Under the pieces are notes generated by a model. It saw only the letters and a program-made list of their open reading frames with translations, was not told the origin of the DNA and ran no database searches. This document shows, piece after piece, positions 36,374 to 45,275 of a stretch of DNA of 64,000 bases. The stretch covers positions 804-64,803 of the forward strand of contig CADBEI010000007.1 of assembly GCA_902793695.1 (NCBI GenBank). The letters are read 5' to 3'. Within the stretch, counting starts at the first letter, position 1; the number at the start of each line of letters is the position of its first letter. A program made the translations under genes and the position numbers. Source of the stretch: an uncultured Pseudomonadota bacterium. Its GTDB lineage: Bacteria > Pseudomonadota > Alphaproteobacteria > RF32 > CAG-239.

Positions 36374-37330
36374 TTATTCGGCGTGATTCAAGACGTAATC
36401 GACTCTTTCTTGTGCCGATAAGCCTTGCGGATAATGTTTATCGACGTTTTTAATTACTTCTTTTAAGCCGCGGCAGTTGGCAATCTGAATAGCCAACCCC
36501 GGCCGCGCATTAAGTTCCAGCATCATCGGACCGCGGAATTTATCCAAAACAATATCTGCGCCCAGATAGCCCAATCCTGTCATTTCATACGCCAACGCAC
36601 CGATCATCAGATGTTCGCGCCACATCGGCACTTGCAACGTCATTAAATCGGCACCGGTATCCGGATGTATGGCAATCGGCATATTGTGCGAAACCGCATT
36701 GTTGGCGTGACCGGTACGCATATCCAAACCCACGCCGACGGCTCCTTGGTGCAAATTGGCTCTGCCGTCGGATTCTTTGGTGGCAAGTCGCATCATAGAC
36801 ATTACCGGATAACCTTTATAAACGATTACGCGCACATCCGGTATTCCCTGATAACTGAAATTTTGAAAAGCATCGCTGAAATGCACCAGTTCCTCAATCA
36901 AAGCCGTATCATATTGTCCGCCCAAACTGTACAATCCGCTCAAAATGTTGGAAACGTGCTGATACACTTCGTTGAATCCGAGTTTTTTACCGCTGGCGGT
37001 CGTAAATTCCGTACCCGTAAATTGTTTTATTACCAACACGCCTTTGCCCTGACTGCCGTGCGCCGGTTTAATCACAAACTCTTCATGACCGGCCACGATT
37101 TTCAACAAATCCTTAACTTCGTACTGATGTTCAATCACCCCGATTTTATGCGGAGTATTGATATTGATACGGTCAGCCAGCGTTTTGGTCTGCACTTTAT
37201 CATCCACCAACGGATAGAGCGAACGCTTGTTGTTGCGTCCGATAATAAAAAAATTACGTGCATTCATCCCCAAAACCCCGCGCTCGCGGAATTTTTTCGG
37301 ATTGGAAAATATTTTGAAATAATCCCACAT
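36374..37330 (-). CDS. Alpha-L-glutamate ligase-related ATP-grasp protein (RimK-related)
   Basis: GVLGMNARNFFIIGRNNKRSLYPLVDDKVQTK and the FVIKPAHGSQGKGVLVI ATP-grasp motifs are present. Confidence 0.8.
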   Translation of the reverse strand: MWDYFKIFSNPKKFRERGVLGMNARNFFIIGRNNKRSLYPLVDDKVQTKTLADRININTPHKIGVIEHQYEVKDLLKIVAGHEEFVIKPAHGSQGKGVLVIKQFTGTEFTTASGKKLGFNEVYQHVSNILSGLYSLGGQYDTALIEELVHFSDAFQNFSYQGIPDVRVIVYKGYPVMSMMRLATKESDGRANLHQGAVGVGLDMRTGHANNAVSHNMPIAIHPDTGADLMTLQVPMWREHLMIGALAYEMTGLGYLGADIVLDKFRGPMMLELNARPGLAIQIANCRGLKEVIKNVDKHYPQGLSAQERVDYVLNHAE

Positions 37331-37334
37331 TTTG

Positions 37335-38870
37335 TTATTCCTTTATCAGCGGCGCAAAGCGTTTCAGCTCAACCAAACGATATCCGGTATATGTACCGAG
37401 CTGCATTACCACAATCAAAATCACCAAATTCCATTCATTAAACGCAAACATAATATGGCGAATGTATGAACTGCTGATAACAAAATAAGTCAGTATGGCC
37501 ACCACACAGGTGTTGACAATTTGCTTGGTGGCATTGTGCGCGCCCTCTTCTTCCCATGTAATGGAGGCACGTTCGATAATCCACGCCGTAATAATTATCG
37601 GGAAAAACACCGCCGACGCCGCAATTCTGAAATTATATTGATAGCCCAAAATCGTCAGCATTTGCATAATCAAAATCACGAAAATCACCACTGCGGAAAT
37701 TCTCGGTACCAACAACAAATTAAGCCGCGTCAACAAAGTTCGGATTAAAAGCCCCAAAGCAATAATCAGTGTAAAGCATATCAACCCCGACCAAAAACCT
37801 GTGCGCACCAATGACATCGCCACCAACATCGGTGTAAACGTACCCATTGTCGGAATTCCCACCACGTTTCGCAACAGCACCACCAACAAGATACCGAGTG
37901 GGAAAATCATCAACCATTTCAAAGTATTTTGTTCCAAATTAGGCAAATTATAAATCGTATAATCAAACATTTTACTGTTTTCGTATTTTGCACGTTTTCC
38001 CGCCATTTTGAACGATGAAACCGCCGATTGAATTACCGAGAATTTTATCTCCGATTTACGCCCACCGACCACATCAAACAGCGATACACCGCCGCGTTGG
38101 AACACCACAAAATTTTTCGGCAGACCGGATACGCCGGTTTCGATATTATACATCATCCATTTGCTGTTTTCATAAACCTCGAGCATTAAATCGGCCGGTG
38201 CTTCTCGCCGTTTTTCCGAAATCTTTACTCCGCGCACAATCCGTGCCGCAACATTTTTGAACGAAAGCAACTCAATGATTTTCTCGGCCATAATGCGTTG
38301 CGATTTTTTTACCGGCAAAAAAGCATCAACTTCCGGCTCCAAAATTTCATCATTGAGCAGTTGAATGATTTTCGAGGCATCGGAACCTTCTTTTTTGCTG
38401 TCGGCAAGCGCCCAAATTTCTTCCACCATAGCCTGTTGCTGCTCGCTTGCAAACACCGGCTTTTTGACTTTCGGCTGATTGTAATCGCGGATTTTACCGA
38501 TAACATCTTCGTTATCATACAACATTATGCGATAATAGATGTTCTGTTCATTCTTTTTGGGGCCGGATTTCATAATCATGCGATGATTTTTTTCATCTTT
38601 TTCCACCGTATAGCCTTTAGCCACCACATCTTCGCTCAAAATCTTGTATTCCGCGCCCAAACGTGGAGTAGACAATGATACTTCAATCGGCTCACCTGTC
38701 GGCATAAAAGAGATATGCGCGTCAACCGTCCAAATTTCCGTACCTTCACGTGGCTTAAAACTGAATCCCCAATGGGCAATTTTATAATAAGTGGCAAAAC
38801 CGGCAAATGCTACTGCCAAAACCAAGCATATTGCCAAAACACCCCGTACCGAAAAAATTTTTTTCTTCAT
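37335..38870 (-). CDS. Inactive-transglutaminase-like N-domain fused to 7-TM region
   Basis: From ATG 38870 the protein has a signal/TM anchor, a soluble N-half and a C-half with about 7 hydrophobic helices. It has the conserved partnership with ATP-grasp and DUF785 genes. Confidence 0.6.
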   Translation of the reverse strand: MKKKIFSVRGVLAICLVLAVAFAGFATYYKIAHWGFSFKPREGTEIWTVDAHISFMPTGEPIEVSLSTPRLGAEYKILSEDVVAKGYTVEKDEKNHRMIMKSGPKKNEQNIYYRIMLYDNEDVIGKIRDYNQPKVKKPVFASEQQQAMVEEIWALADSKKEGSDASKIIQLLNDEILEPEVDAFLPVKKSQRIMAEKIIELLSFKNVAARIVRGVKISEKRREAPADLMLEVYENSKWMMYNIETGVSGLPKNFVVFQRGGVSLFDVVGGRKSEIKFSVIQSAVSSFKMAGKRAKYENSKMFDYTIYNLPNLEQNTLKWLMIFPLGILLVVLLRNVVGIPTMGTFTPMLVAMSLVRTGFWSGLICFTLIIALGLLIRTLLTRLNLLLVPRISAVVIFVILIMQMLTILGYQYNFRIAASAVFFPIIITAWIIERASITWEEEGAHNATKQIVNTCVVAILTYFVISSSYIRHIMFAFNEWNLVILIVVMQLGTYTGYRLVELKRFAPLIKE

Positions 38871-38892
38871 TTTCAAAGTCCTTGTAACAAAA

Positions 38893-39396
38893 TTATCCCA
38901 ACATATTTCTGGCCGACACGTCAACTACGGCTCGGCCCTCCAAAATATTGCGTCCCAACAGCATCTGATACTGAAATTTACTGCGGTCAGCCAATGTAAA
39001 TTCGGCTTTAAATTTTTCACCGCCCAGTTTCACATCCATTTCCACCACCGGTCGCACTTCATCTTTCAACGCACGCGTAATCGTCGTATTTCTGATAATC
39101 GCTTTTTTAAAAGTATGTTTTTCTTGCGTTTCACGATTGATTACCACAAAAGAAACCTGTTTTTCTTTCTCGGAAAATTTAATATCCGCCGCATCCAAAG
39201 AACAAACTTTTGCCCCTGTGTCAACGCGCGCCAAAAATGCTGATTTCAGCGGCGGTAAATAAATATATTCCAACTCGCCAAGCACCATTTTCTCAGTATT
39301 GTCGCGCATTTTTTTACCGGCTTCGGCGGATGTCGTTTTTTTGAAAAGACTTTTTAAAGTTGACAGTATATTGAATGATACTCGCGTTTCGGCCAT
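38893..39396 (-). CDS. Retropepsin-like / putative ATP-dependent zinc protease (DUF785, RimB-like)
   Basis: LGELEYIYLPPLKSAFLARVDTGAKVCSLDA and the C-terminal LLGRNILEGRAVVDVS are present. Confidence 0.7.
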   Translation of the reverse strand: MAETRVSFNILSTLKSLFKKTTSAEAGKKMRDNTEKMVLGELEYIYLPPLKSAFLARVDTGAKVCSLDAADIKFSEKEKQVSFVVINRETQEKHTFKKAIIRNTTITRALKDEVRPVVEMDVKLGGEKFKAEFTLADRSKFQYQMLLGRNILEGRAVVDVSARNMLG

Positions 39397-39406
39397 GGCT
39401 TTTCTT

Positions 39407-39940
39407 TTATTTCAGAGTATTTGAAACAGAAACGTCGACAATGGCACGTCCGCTCAAAATATTGCGTCCGATTAATCCCTGATATTCAAAATCGTGCCGT
39501 TCGTTAAGCGTAAACTCGGCCGAAAACGTTTCTTTTCCCATTCTGACATCCATATTCACCGTCACACGATGCTCTTCCTCTCCGGTACGTTTAATCTTAA
39601 CCCGACGCGACAGTGGTTTTTCAAAATCCATCTTTTCTTTGGTTTCACGGTTTACAAGTGTAAACGAAACCCAACTCTGACCGTCACGTTCAAAGCGTTT
39701 TATATTATCCGCATCAATCGATGAGGTAGTGGCACCGGTATCAACCCTCGCCATAAACGGCGATTTCATCGGCAAAAAATAAATGCGTTCGACCGCCCCG
39801 ATTACATTATTAGGCAACACTTTTACGACCTTTTCCGGCTGAGCCGTATTCGGCACAATCCCCGGAACAACCGGCTCTTTTTTTGCGGCGCACGCCGTCA
39901 GCAACATCAAACAACATAAACCACTTAAAATTATTCGCAT
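39407..39940 (-). CDS. DUF785 retropepsin-like paralog, predicted lipoprotein
   Basis: From ATG 39940 the protein reads MRIILSGLCCLMLLTACAAK (lipobox). ARVDTGATTSSIDA and LIGRNILSGRAIVDVS parallel the neighbouring gene. Confidence 0.65.
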   Translation of the reverse strand: MRIILSGLCCLMLLTACAAKKEPVVPGIVPNTAQPEKVVKVLPNNVIGAVERIYFLPMKSPFMARVDTGATTSSIDADNIKRFERDGQSWVSFTLVNRETKEKMDFEKPLSRRVKIKRTGEEEHRVTVNMDVRMGKETFSAEFTLNERHDFEYQGLIGRNILSGRAIVDVSVSNTLK

Positions 39941-40059
39941 TTTTACCTCGATATTCTTTGATTTTTTATGATAATCATCCTTTTTTCGCCCAATGTAAAA
40001 CAAAAAAATCAAAAAATACCGACTTATACACATAAGTCGGTTGATAAGATAAAGCGTCT

Positions 40060-41202
40060 TCAGAAAAACAAACTTAACCTGAGTGATGTAACCGTAGCGT
40101 AATCCGACTTGCTATTGAGCGTAGGATGAATATAAAATTGAATATCCGGTGTTATCGTCGCCCATTTTGATATACCCCACGCCCAATAAGCTTCCAAAAC
40201 GTGCTCACCGCTTTCTTCAAGCGGAGCTCCCACCGCCGTCGCGTCAATGTCATTATATGCATACGCCGCACCTATTTGATCAAGTGCATTACGATTAAGC
40301 GGATTATTATAAACCATTCCTCCCACATACGAATTTTTAATGGTGGCGACATTACCGCTCACTCCGTTTATGCGCCCGAACAACGCCCATTTTTCGCCGA
40401 TGTTTTGTTGCATATTCAAAGACCAACCTGTAGTACTCTGCGGTTGCTCACGCACATACGGCTGATTATAAATCATTATAGAATATTGCCCGTCACCCCA
40501 ACCGTTGATATGCGGATTGTAACCGACTTGTCCGAATGTGGTGTAATGCCCGTCATGCAAGCGATTAAAGCGCACACTGACCGCCGAAACATTGCTTGCG
40601 TCCTGCGCACCGGCAACAAACAACCAATTTCCGTACGTTGCCTGCATATAAGCACCGACACCGGCGTCGGTATAAGTGGCACTGCCGTTTTGCGCCAGCG
40701 AATAATTAATGAAATTAACTTGCGGATTATTGTCATAATCGGTACCGTCAAAAGCGTACAAAGTATATTGTCCCAACCCCAAAGTCAGCCAATTATATTG
40801 CCGCGGCAACTGATATGTATAATACAGCGTTGAAAATTCCTGCTCCTCGTCATCGGCATCGTTAATCGGAGTTGCCACACCGATACGATTTTCGATATCA
40901 TTGGCATCATGGCGACCGTAGAATACGCTGGTATAAGATGCATTCAAAATACCGGTACCGTAATTATTATCAAAATTAGTCCAAGCAATACTCGGAGCCA
41001 AATACGATTGCACCGCATTATAGCGTCCGTTCGGCGCGCCGTGTTGCGGTAGAACAGAATAATTGAGATTGTATTGCAAACCATATTCTTTTTGCAGATT
41101 ATTTTTAAAGGCGGTATAACCTGATCCCAAACTGCCGGCAGCAGCTACCGACACCACACCAAACATTCCGCACAATGTACCGATAAACAAACTTTTTGAC
41201 AT
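40060..41202 (-). CDS. Outer-membrane beta-barrel porin (OprB/carbohydrate-porin-like)
   Basis: A signal peptide starts at ATG 41202 (AGGAG RBS). The sequence has the alternating aromatic/Gly-rich beta-strand pattern and a C-terminal ...LRLSLFF. Confidence 0.55.
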   Translation of the reverse strand: MSKSLFIGTLCGMFGVVSVAAAGSLGSGYTAFKNNLQKEYGLQYNLNYSVLPQHGAPNGRYNAVQSYLAPSIAWTNFDNNYGTGILNASYTSVFYGRHDANDIENRIGVATPINDADDEEQEFSTLYYTYQLPRQYNWLTLGLGQYTLYAFDGTDYDNNPQVNFINYSLAQNGSATYTDAGVGAYMQATYGNWLFVAGAQDASNVSAVSVRFNRLHDGHYTTFGQVGYNPHINGWGDGQYSIMIYNQPYVREQPQSTTGWSLNMQQNIGEKWALFGRINGVSGNVATIKNSYVGGMVYNNPLNRNALDQIGAAYAYNDIDATAVGAPLEESGEHVLEAYWAWGISKWATITPDIQFYIHPTLNSKSDYATVTSLRLSLFF

Positions 41203-41289
41203 TTTATATCTCCTTAATGCTATAAACACTTGAGAGATATATACCTCATTTATCAAAAAAAAAGAGGCCGCAGCCTCTTAAAAAAAATT

Positions 41290-41712
41290 TTATTTACGCA
41301 ATGCCTTCACATAGGCCTGCATAGAATGCTCGTCGCAATAAGTTTGTCCGCTGCGCACTTTTTTACCGCAAAAACAAAAATCATCATCACGCGGATCGCC
41401 AATCGGCCATCTGCAAGTATGGCTGTCCAAATCAGTCAATTTGATATTGGTAAGTTCTTCGTTTTTACGCGGTTTAGCGACTTCCTCCGCTGCTTTATCC
41501 TCATATGCTTCGATTAAATCAGGCTGCAAAGGCAATTCATCGGCTGCATCTTTACTTTTAATCGGCGAAGGTCTGGCCGTCAGACACAAACGATGAACTT
41601 TACCGACAATGGCATTTTTGGTAACGCCCAATTTCTTGGCAATTTCATTTGCCGTCAAACCCTGCGCCCACAACTGACGCAATTTTTCCACACTTTCGTC
41701 TGTCCATCCCAT
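41290..41712 (-). CDS. gcrA: Cell-cycle regulator GcrA
   Basis: MGWTDESVEKLRQLWAQGLTANEIAKKLGVTKNAIVGKVHRL... and the C-terminal CRWPIGDPRDDDFCFCG...YCDEH are present. Confidence 0.85.
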   Translation of the reverse strand: MGWTDESVEKLRQLWAQGLTANEIAKKLGVTKNAIVGKVHRLCLTARPSPIKSKDAADELPLQPDLIEAYEDKAAEEVAKPRKNEELTNIKLTDLDSHTCRWPIGDPRDDDFCFCGKKVRSGQTYCDEHSMQAYVKALRK

Positions 41713-41836
41713 AATTAAAACTCCCTAAACATTTAACGTCGTTATAGCCGATTATTTTGCCGCTGTCCAGACTAAATTTTATTCTTTATTAATTTTTTTT
41801 AAATATGATTATTCTGACTGATTTGAGGAGTGCATA

Positions 41837-43081
41837 ATGAAAATATTTTACTTTATCTTTGCATTGTTTATTTGCTCACCGGTTTCCGCACAATACAAAG
41901 AATACAATCATTTGTACGAATATGATTTGGATGAAGAAATTCCGCCACTGTATCGCTTGGAGCGCGAATATAAAAAATCTTATTCAAATTACCGCTGGAA
42001 TTACGACTTCCGCTGGAATATGTCCAGTCTTTTCAATTCGGAATTCAAACAAAATATTACCTCTTTCGGCACCAACGAAAAACGTTTATCCAATGCCGAT
42101 GAAGATGCCATTTTGCGTCAGCTCAAAAAAATACCTAAGCCTTTTTATCAATATATCGGCCCGCTGATTCATACCATGCGCGGTCTTTCCGGCAAAGTGC
42201 TCGATTTGCCGGGGATTAAGGAGACTAAACATCAGTTTCCGACTCAGATTGCTTCGCACTTCAAAGATGTGCCGTATATCGAACTGACTTCACCACATTT
42301 GTATATGTATCTCAATCCGATTTTGTGGGGTGAAGATATGGCTTCGATTGAAACACCGCAAATAGCCAAACAACCGCGCAAAAAACGTCCGCGCATCCGT
42401 ATCAATCCGGAATTTATACAGCAAATAAAGACTAAAGTGCGCGCTGTTGATTATGCCGGCAGAGGCCGCAGAAAAACCGCCGAATTGGATTTAAGACATT
42501 TCAACCCCGACCGCAACACACCGCTGTCTAAAGCCGATGTACGCGCTTTTGCCCGCACTCTTGACGGACTGGATAATTTTCGTAAACAAGGTAATCACGA
42601 AAGAACCTTGATTATGGTTGAAGGCTTGATGAACTATTGGGATGTCAAAAACGGAATACCAGAAGAAAGCCTGTTGTTCCGCCAAATAGTAAACCCCTGC
42701 CAAAACTTTGTGCGCAAAATCCAATGGAGTAATTTGCAAAATGAATTTCAAACCGTTATCGGTCAACAGGGATTCGGCTTAAAAGATTGGGCTTATACCT
42801 GCGATAAGGTTGTTAAAGCTTGGCGTGTACACAATGCTCCATCCGGTATGATATGGGCGGCACGCCAACAAAAAAAAGGAAAGATTTATCCGTTGTTTGA
42901 ACCGTTTTTGGTTACCGAGCAGGAAAAAACGCAAATGCATTATATTTTGGATTCTCTGGCGCGGATGTACACCACAAAAGCAGAAGATATAGATGCAATA
43001 AAACCTTATAATACCAACTTGAAATATCAGTTTATAAAAATGGGACGACAACTTTCGGGAACTCCGATTATTCGCCAATAA
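41837..43081 (+). CDS. Hypothetical secreted protein (414 aa)
   Basis: The signal peptide is MKIFYFIFALFICSPVSAQ. No recognised motif. The gene is AT-rich. Confidence 0.5.
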   Translation: MKIFYFIFALFICSPVSAQYKEYNHLYEYDLDEEIPPLYRLEREYKKSYSNYRWNYDFRWNMSSLFNSEFKQNITSFGTNEKRLSNADEDAILRQLKKIPKPFYQYIGPLIHTMRGLSGKVLDLPGIKETKHQFPTQIASHFKDVPYIELTSPHLYMYLNPILWGEDMASIETPQIAKQPRKKRPRIRINPEFIQQIKTKVRAVDYAGRGRRKTAELDLRHFNPDRNTPLSKADVRAFARTLDGLDNFRKQGNHERTLIMVEGLMNYWDVKNGIPEESLLFRQIVNPCQNFVRKIQWSNLQNEFQTVIGQQGFGLKDWAYTCDKVVKAWRVHNAPSGMIWAARQQKKGKIYPLFEPFLVTEQEKTQMHYILDSLARMYTTKAEDIDAIKPYNTNLKYQFIKMGRQLSGTPIIRQ

Positions 43082-43106
43082 AACAGAAAAAATCGGCTAA
43101 AAATTT

Positions 43107-43388
43107 AGAGAATGAGCCAGATACGAAGAAGGATTTTTTCGACGTGTACAATAAATTATACGGCAACTAAAAACTCGGAGAATTAGGTTAATACGAAGGG
43201 GATTTTTTTCGACGTGTACAATAAATTATACGGCAACTAAAAACTCGGGGATTTTTTTCGACGTGTACAATAAATTATACGGCAACTAAAAACTCGGAGA
43301 ATTAGGTTAATACGAAGGGGATTTTTTTCGACGTGTACACAAACAGTACACGAGAAAAAAATCCCCAAGTAGTAACCAATTATACGAG
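43107..43388. repeat. Long-hairpin element locus C: four tandem modules, the last (43293..43388) a complete hairpin
   Basis: cgacgtgtacaataaattatacggcaactaaaaactcgg occurs three times with 70-nt and 49-nt periods. The final element is GGGGATTTTTTTCGACGTGTACacaaacaGTACACGAGAAAAAAATCCCC with outer arms ctcggagaattaggttaatac/gtagtaaccaattatacgag. It ends 3 nt from the fabG stop. Confidence 0.85.
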
Positions 43389-43391
43389 TTT

Positions 43392-44129
43392 TTAAATCAT
43401 GGCCATCCCGCCGTTAACGTGAATAGTCTGTCCCGTAATGTATTGTGCTTCATCGGATGCAAGAAATGCAACGGCATTTGCAATATCTTGAGCTTCGCCG
43501 AGTTTGCCTTCCGGAATTTTTGCCAAGAGAGCGGCTTTCACATCGTCCGGAAGAACATCGGTCATCGGGGTACGGATAAAGCCCGGAGCGATGGAGTTAA
43601 CGGTCACGCCACGCGAACCGACTTCTTGAGCCAGACATTTATTCATGGCAATCATACCGGCTTTGGAGGCCGAATAGTTAGCTTGACCGGCATTACCCAT
43701 TACACCGACTACGGAGGCCATACCGATTATGCGACCATAACGACGTTTCATCATACCGCGAACCACGGTGCGAGCAAGTTTAAAACCGGCGGTAAGATTT
43801 ACATCCAATACAAATTGCCATTTTTCGTCACTCATACGGATGAACAGGTCATCTCTCGTAACACCGGCATTATTTACCAAGATGTCGATTTTGCCGAATT
43901 TTTCTTCAACCGCTTCCACCAAAGATTTTATGGCTTCAGTATCGCCCAAATTAGCCACAAAATATTCAACGTGATCACCGAGTTCTGTCTTAAGTGCTTT
44001 TAAACCTTCTTCATTCATATCGGTTAAGGCCAGATATGCGCCCTGTTCATACAATGTATGGGCGATTTTGCGACCGATACCGCCGGCGGCACCGGTAATC
44101 AAAGCAACTTTTTCATCTAATCTAAACAT
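43392..44129 (-). CDS. fabG: 3-oxoacyl-[acyl-carrier-protein] reductase
   Basis: SDR motifs TGAAGGIG, NNAG and YSASKAG are present, next to fabD. Confidence 0.9.
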   Translation of the reverse strand: MFRLDEKVALITGAAGGIGRKIAHTLYEQGAYLALTDMNEEGLKALKTELGDHVEYFVANLGDTEAIKSLVEAVEEKFGKIDILVNNAGVTRDDLFIRMSDEKWQFVLDVNLTAGFKLARTVVRGMMKRRYGRIIGMASVVGVMGNAGQANYSASKAGMIAMNKCLAQEVGSRGVTVNSIAPGFIRTPMTDVLPDDVKAALLAKIPEGKLGEAQDIANAVAFLASDEAQYITGQTIHVNGGMAMI

Positions 44130-44154
44130 ATTATTTTCCTTTCATGTTAAGGTG

Positions 44155-45099
44155 TTATAAATTGTTTGCCAATTCTTCAATTTCGGCGATAGAACCTACC
44201 GAAACCGCATTCATTTCCTTGTTGCTGCGTTTGGCAATGCCGGAGAGGACTTTGCCTGCTCCCAGTTCTATTAAATCAGTAACGCCGTTTTCTTTAAAAA
44301 ACAGCATGGTTTCCCGCCATCTGACGGTACCCGTAACCTGTTCAATCAGGTGTTTGATAATTTCTTTATGTTCGATAATCGGCTCGGCCAGCACATTTGC
44401 CACCAACGGAATTTGCGCATTTTGTGCTGACACTTCCATAAAAGCTCGCGCCATAACATCGGCGGCCGGTGCCATAAACGGGCTGTGAAACGGCGCACTT
44501 ACCGCCAATTTCACACATTTGCGTGCACCGAATTCCGACGCAATTTCTACCGCACGGTCAATCGCAGCCATTGAGCCGGATAAAACCACCTGCCCGTCGG
44601 AATTATCATTGGCGGCCACACAGACATCTTTGCCGTTTGAGCAAGCCTCAACCAATGCCCCCACGTCTTGAAACGACAGTCCCAAAACCGCGGCCATTCC
44701 GCCCACTCCGAACGGCACTGCACTTTGCATGGCTTCGCCGCGCAAACGCAGCAATTTTGCCGTATCGCTTAAGCTGAACACACCGGCGGCACAAGCGGCA
44801 GAATATTCTCCGAGCGAATGTCCGGCGACATAAGCGGCTTTATCTTTTAGGACAATACCGAAATCTTTTTCCAAAACTCGCACAATCGCAAGCGAAAACG
44901 CCATCAGTGCCGGTTGCGTGTTGGCCGTCATGGTCAACTCGGCATCCGGACCTTCGGTCATAATCTTGAACAAATCTTGCGAAAGTGCTTCATTAACTTC
45001 ATTAAACACATCACGAGCCGAAGTAAAATTTTCGGCCAACTCTTTTCCCATCCCCACGAATTGGGAGCCTTGTCCCGGAAATACAAAAGCGTACTTCAT
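44155..45099 (-). CDS. fabD: Malonyl CoA-acyl carrier protein transacylase
   Basis: FVFPGQGSQ and GHSLGEYSA motifs are present. Confidence 0.9.
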   Translation of the reverse strand: MKYAFVFPGQGSQFVGMGKELAENFTSARDVFNEVNEALSQDLFKIMTEGPDAELTMTANTQPALMAFSLAIVRVLEKDFGIVLKDKAAYVAGHSLGEYSAACAAGVFSLSDTAKLLRLRGEAMQSAVPFGVGGMAAVLGLSFQDVGALVEACSNGKDVCVAANDNSDGQVVLSGSMAAIDRAVEIASEFGARKCVKLAVSAPFHSPFMAPAADVMARAFMEVSAQNAQIPLVANVLAEPIIEHKEIIKHLIEQVTGTVRWRETMLFFKENGVTDLIELGAGKVLSGIAKRSNKEMNAVSVGSIAEIEELANNL

Positions 45100-45275
45100 T
45101 AAATTCCTTTCAATAAATATCTAGTGAATGTATATAACCGGTATTTTAAATGTCAAGCAAAACGCCATTAATGTTAACAGCGCATTTCGGATGTAATTTG
45201 GTAAATCTTAACAATTTATTGATAAATTTTCGCTACAATTCTCAAGATTGATAATCTCACAAACTTGAGGGAAAA

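Noticed and set aside
36665-37441. 258-aa antisense ORF over the ATP-grasp gene. Similar long antisense ORFs occur at 40201..40833, 43419..44003, 58488..59066, 62863..63432, 29469..30014, 35721..36176 and 57965..58432.
   Set aside because: Each lies opposite a gene with clear family motifs (ATP-grasp, porin, FabG, thioesterase, CpoB, PPIase, YbjN) and has no motif of its own. They are shadow ORFs.
43107-43388. The repeat array looked superficially like a small CRISPR array
   Set aside because: The repeated units abut each other with no unique spacers, unit lengths differ (70 and 49 nt), there are no cas genes in the window, and the units are half-copies of the hairpin family seen at three other loci.
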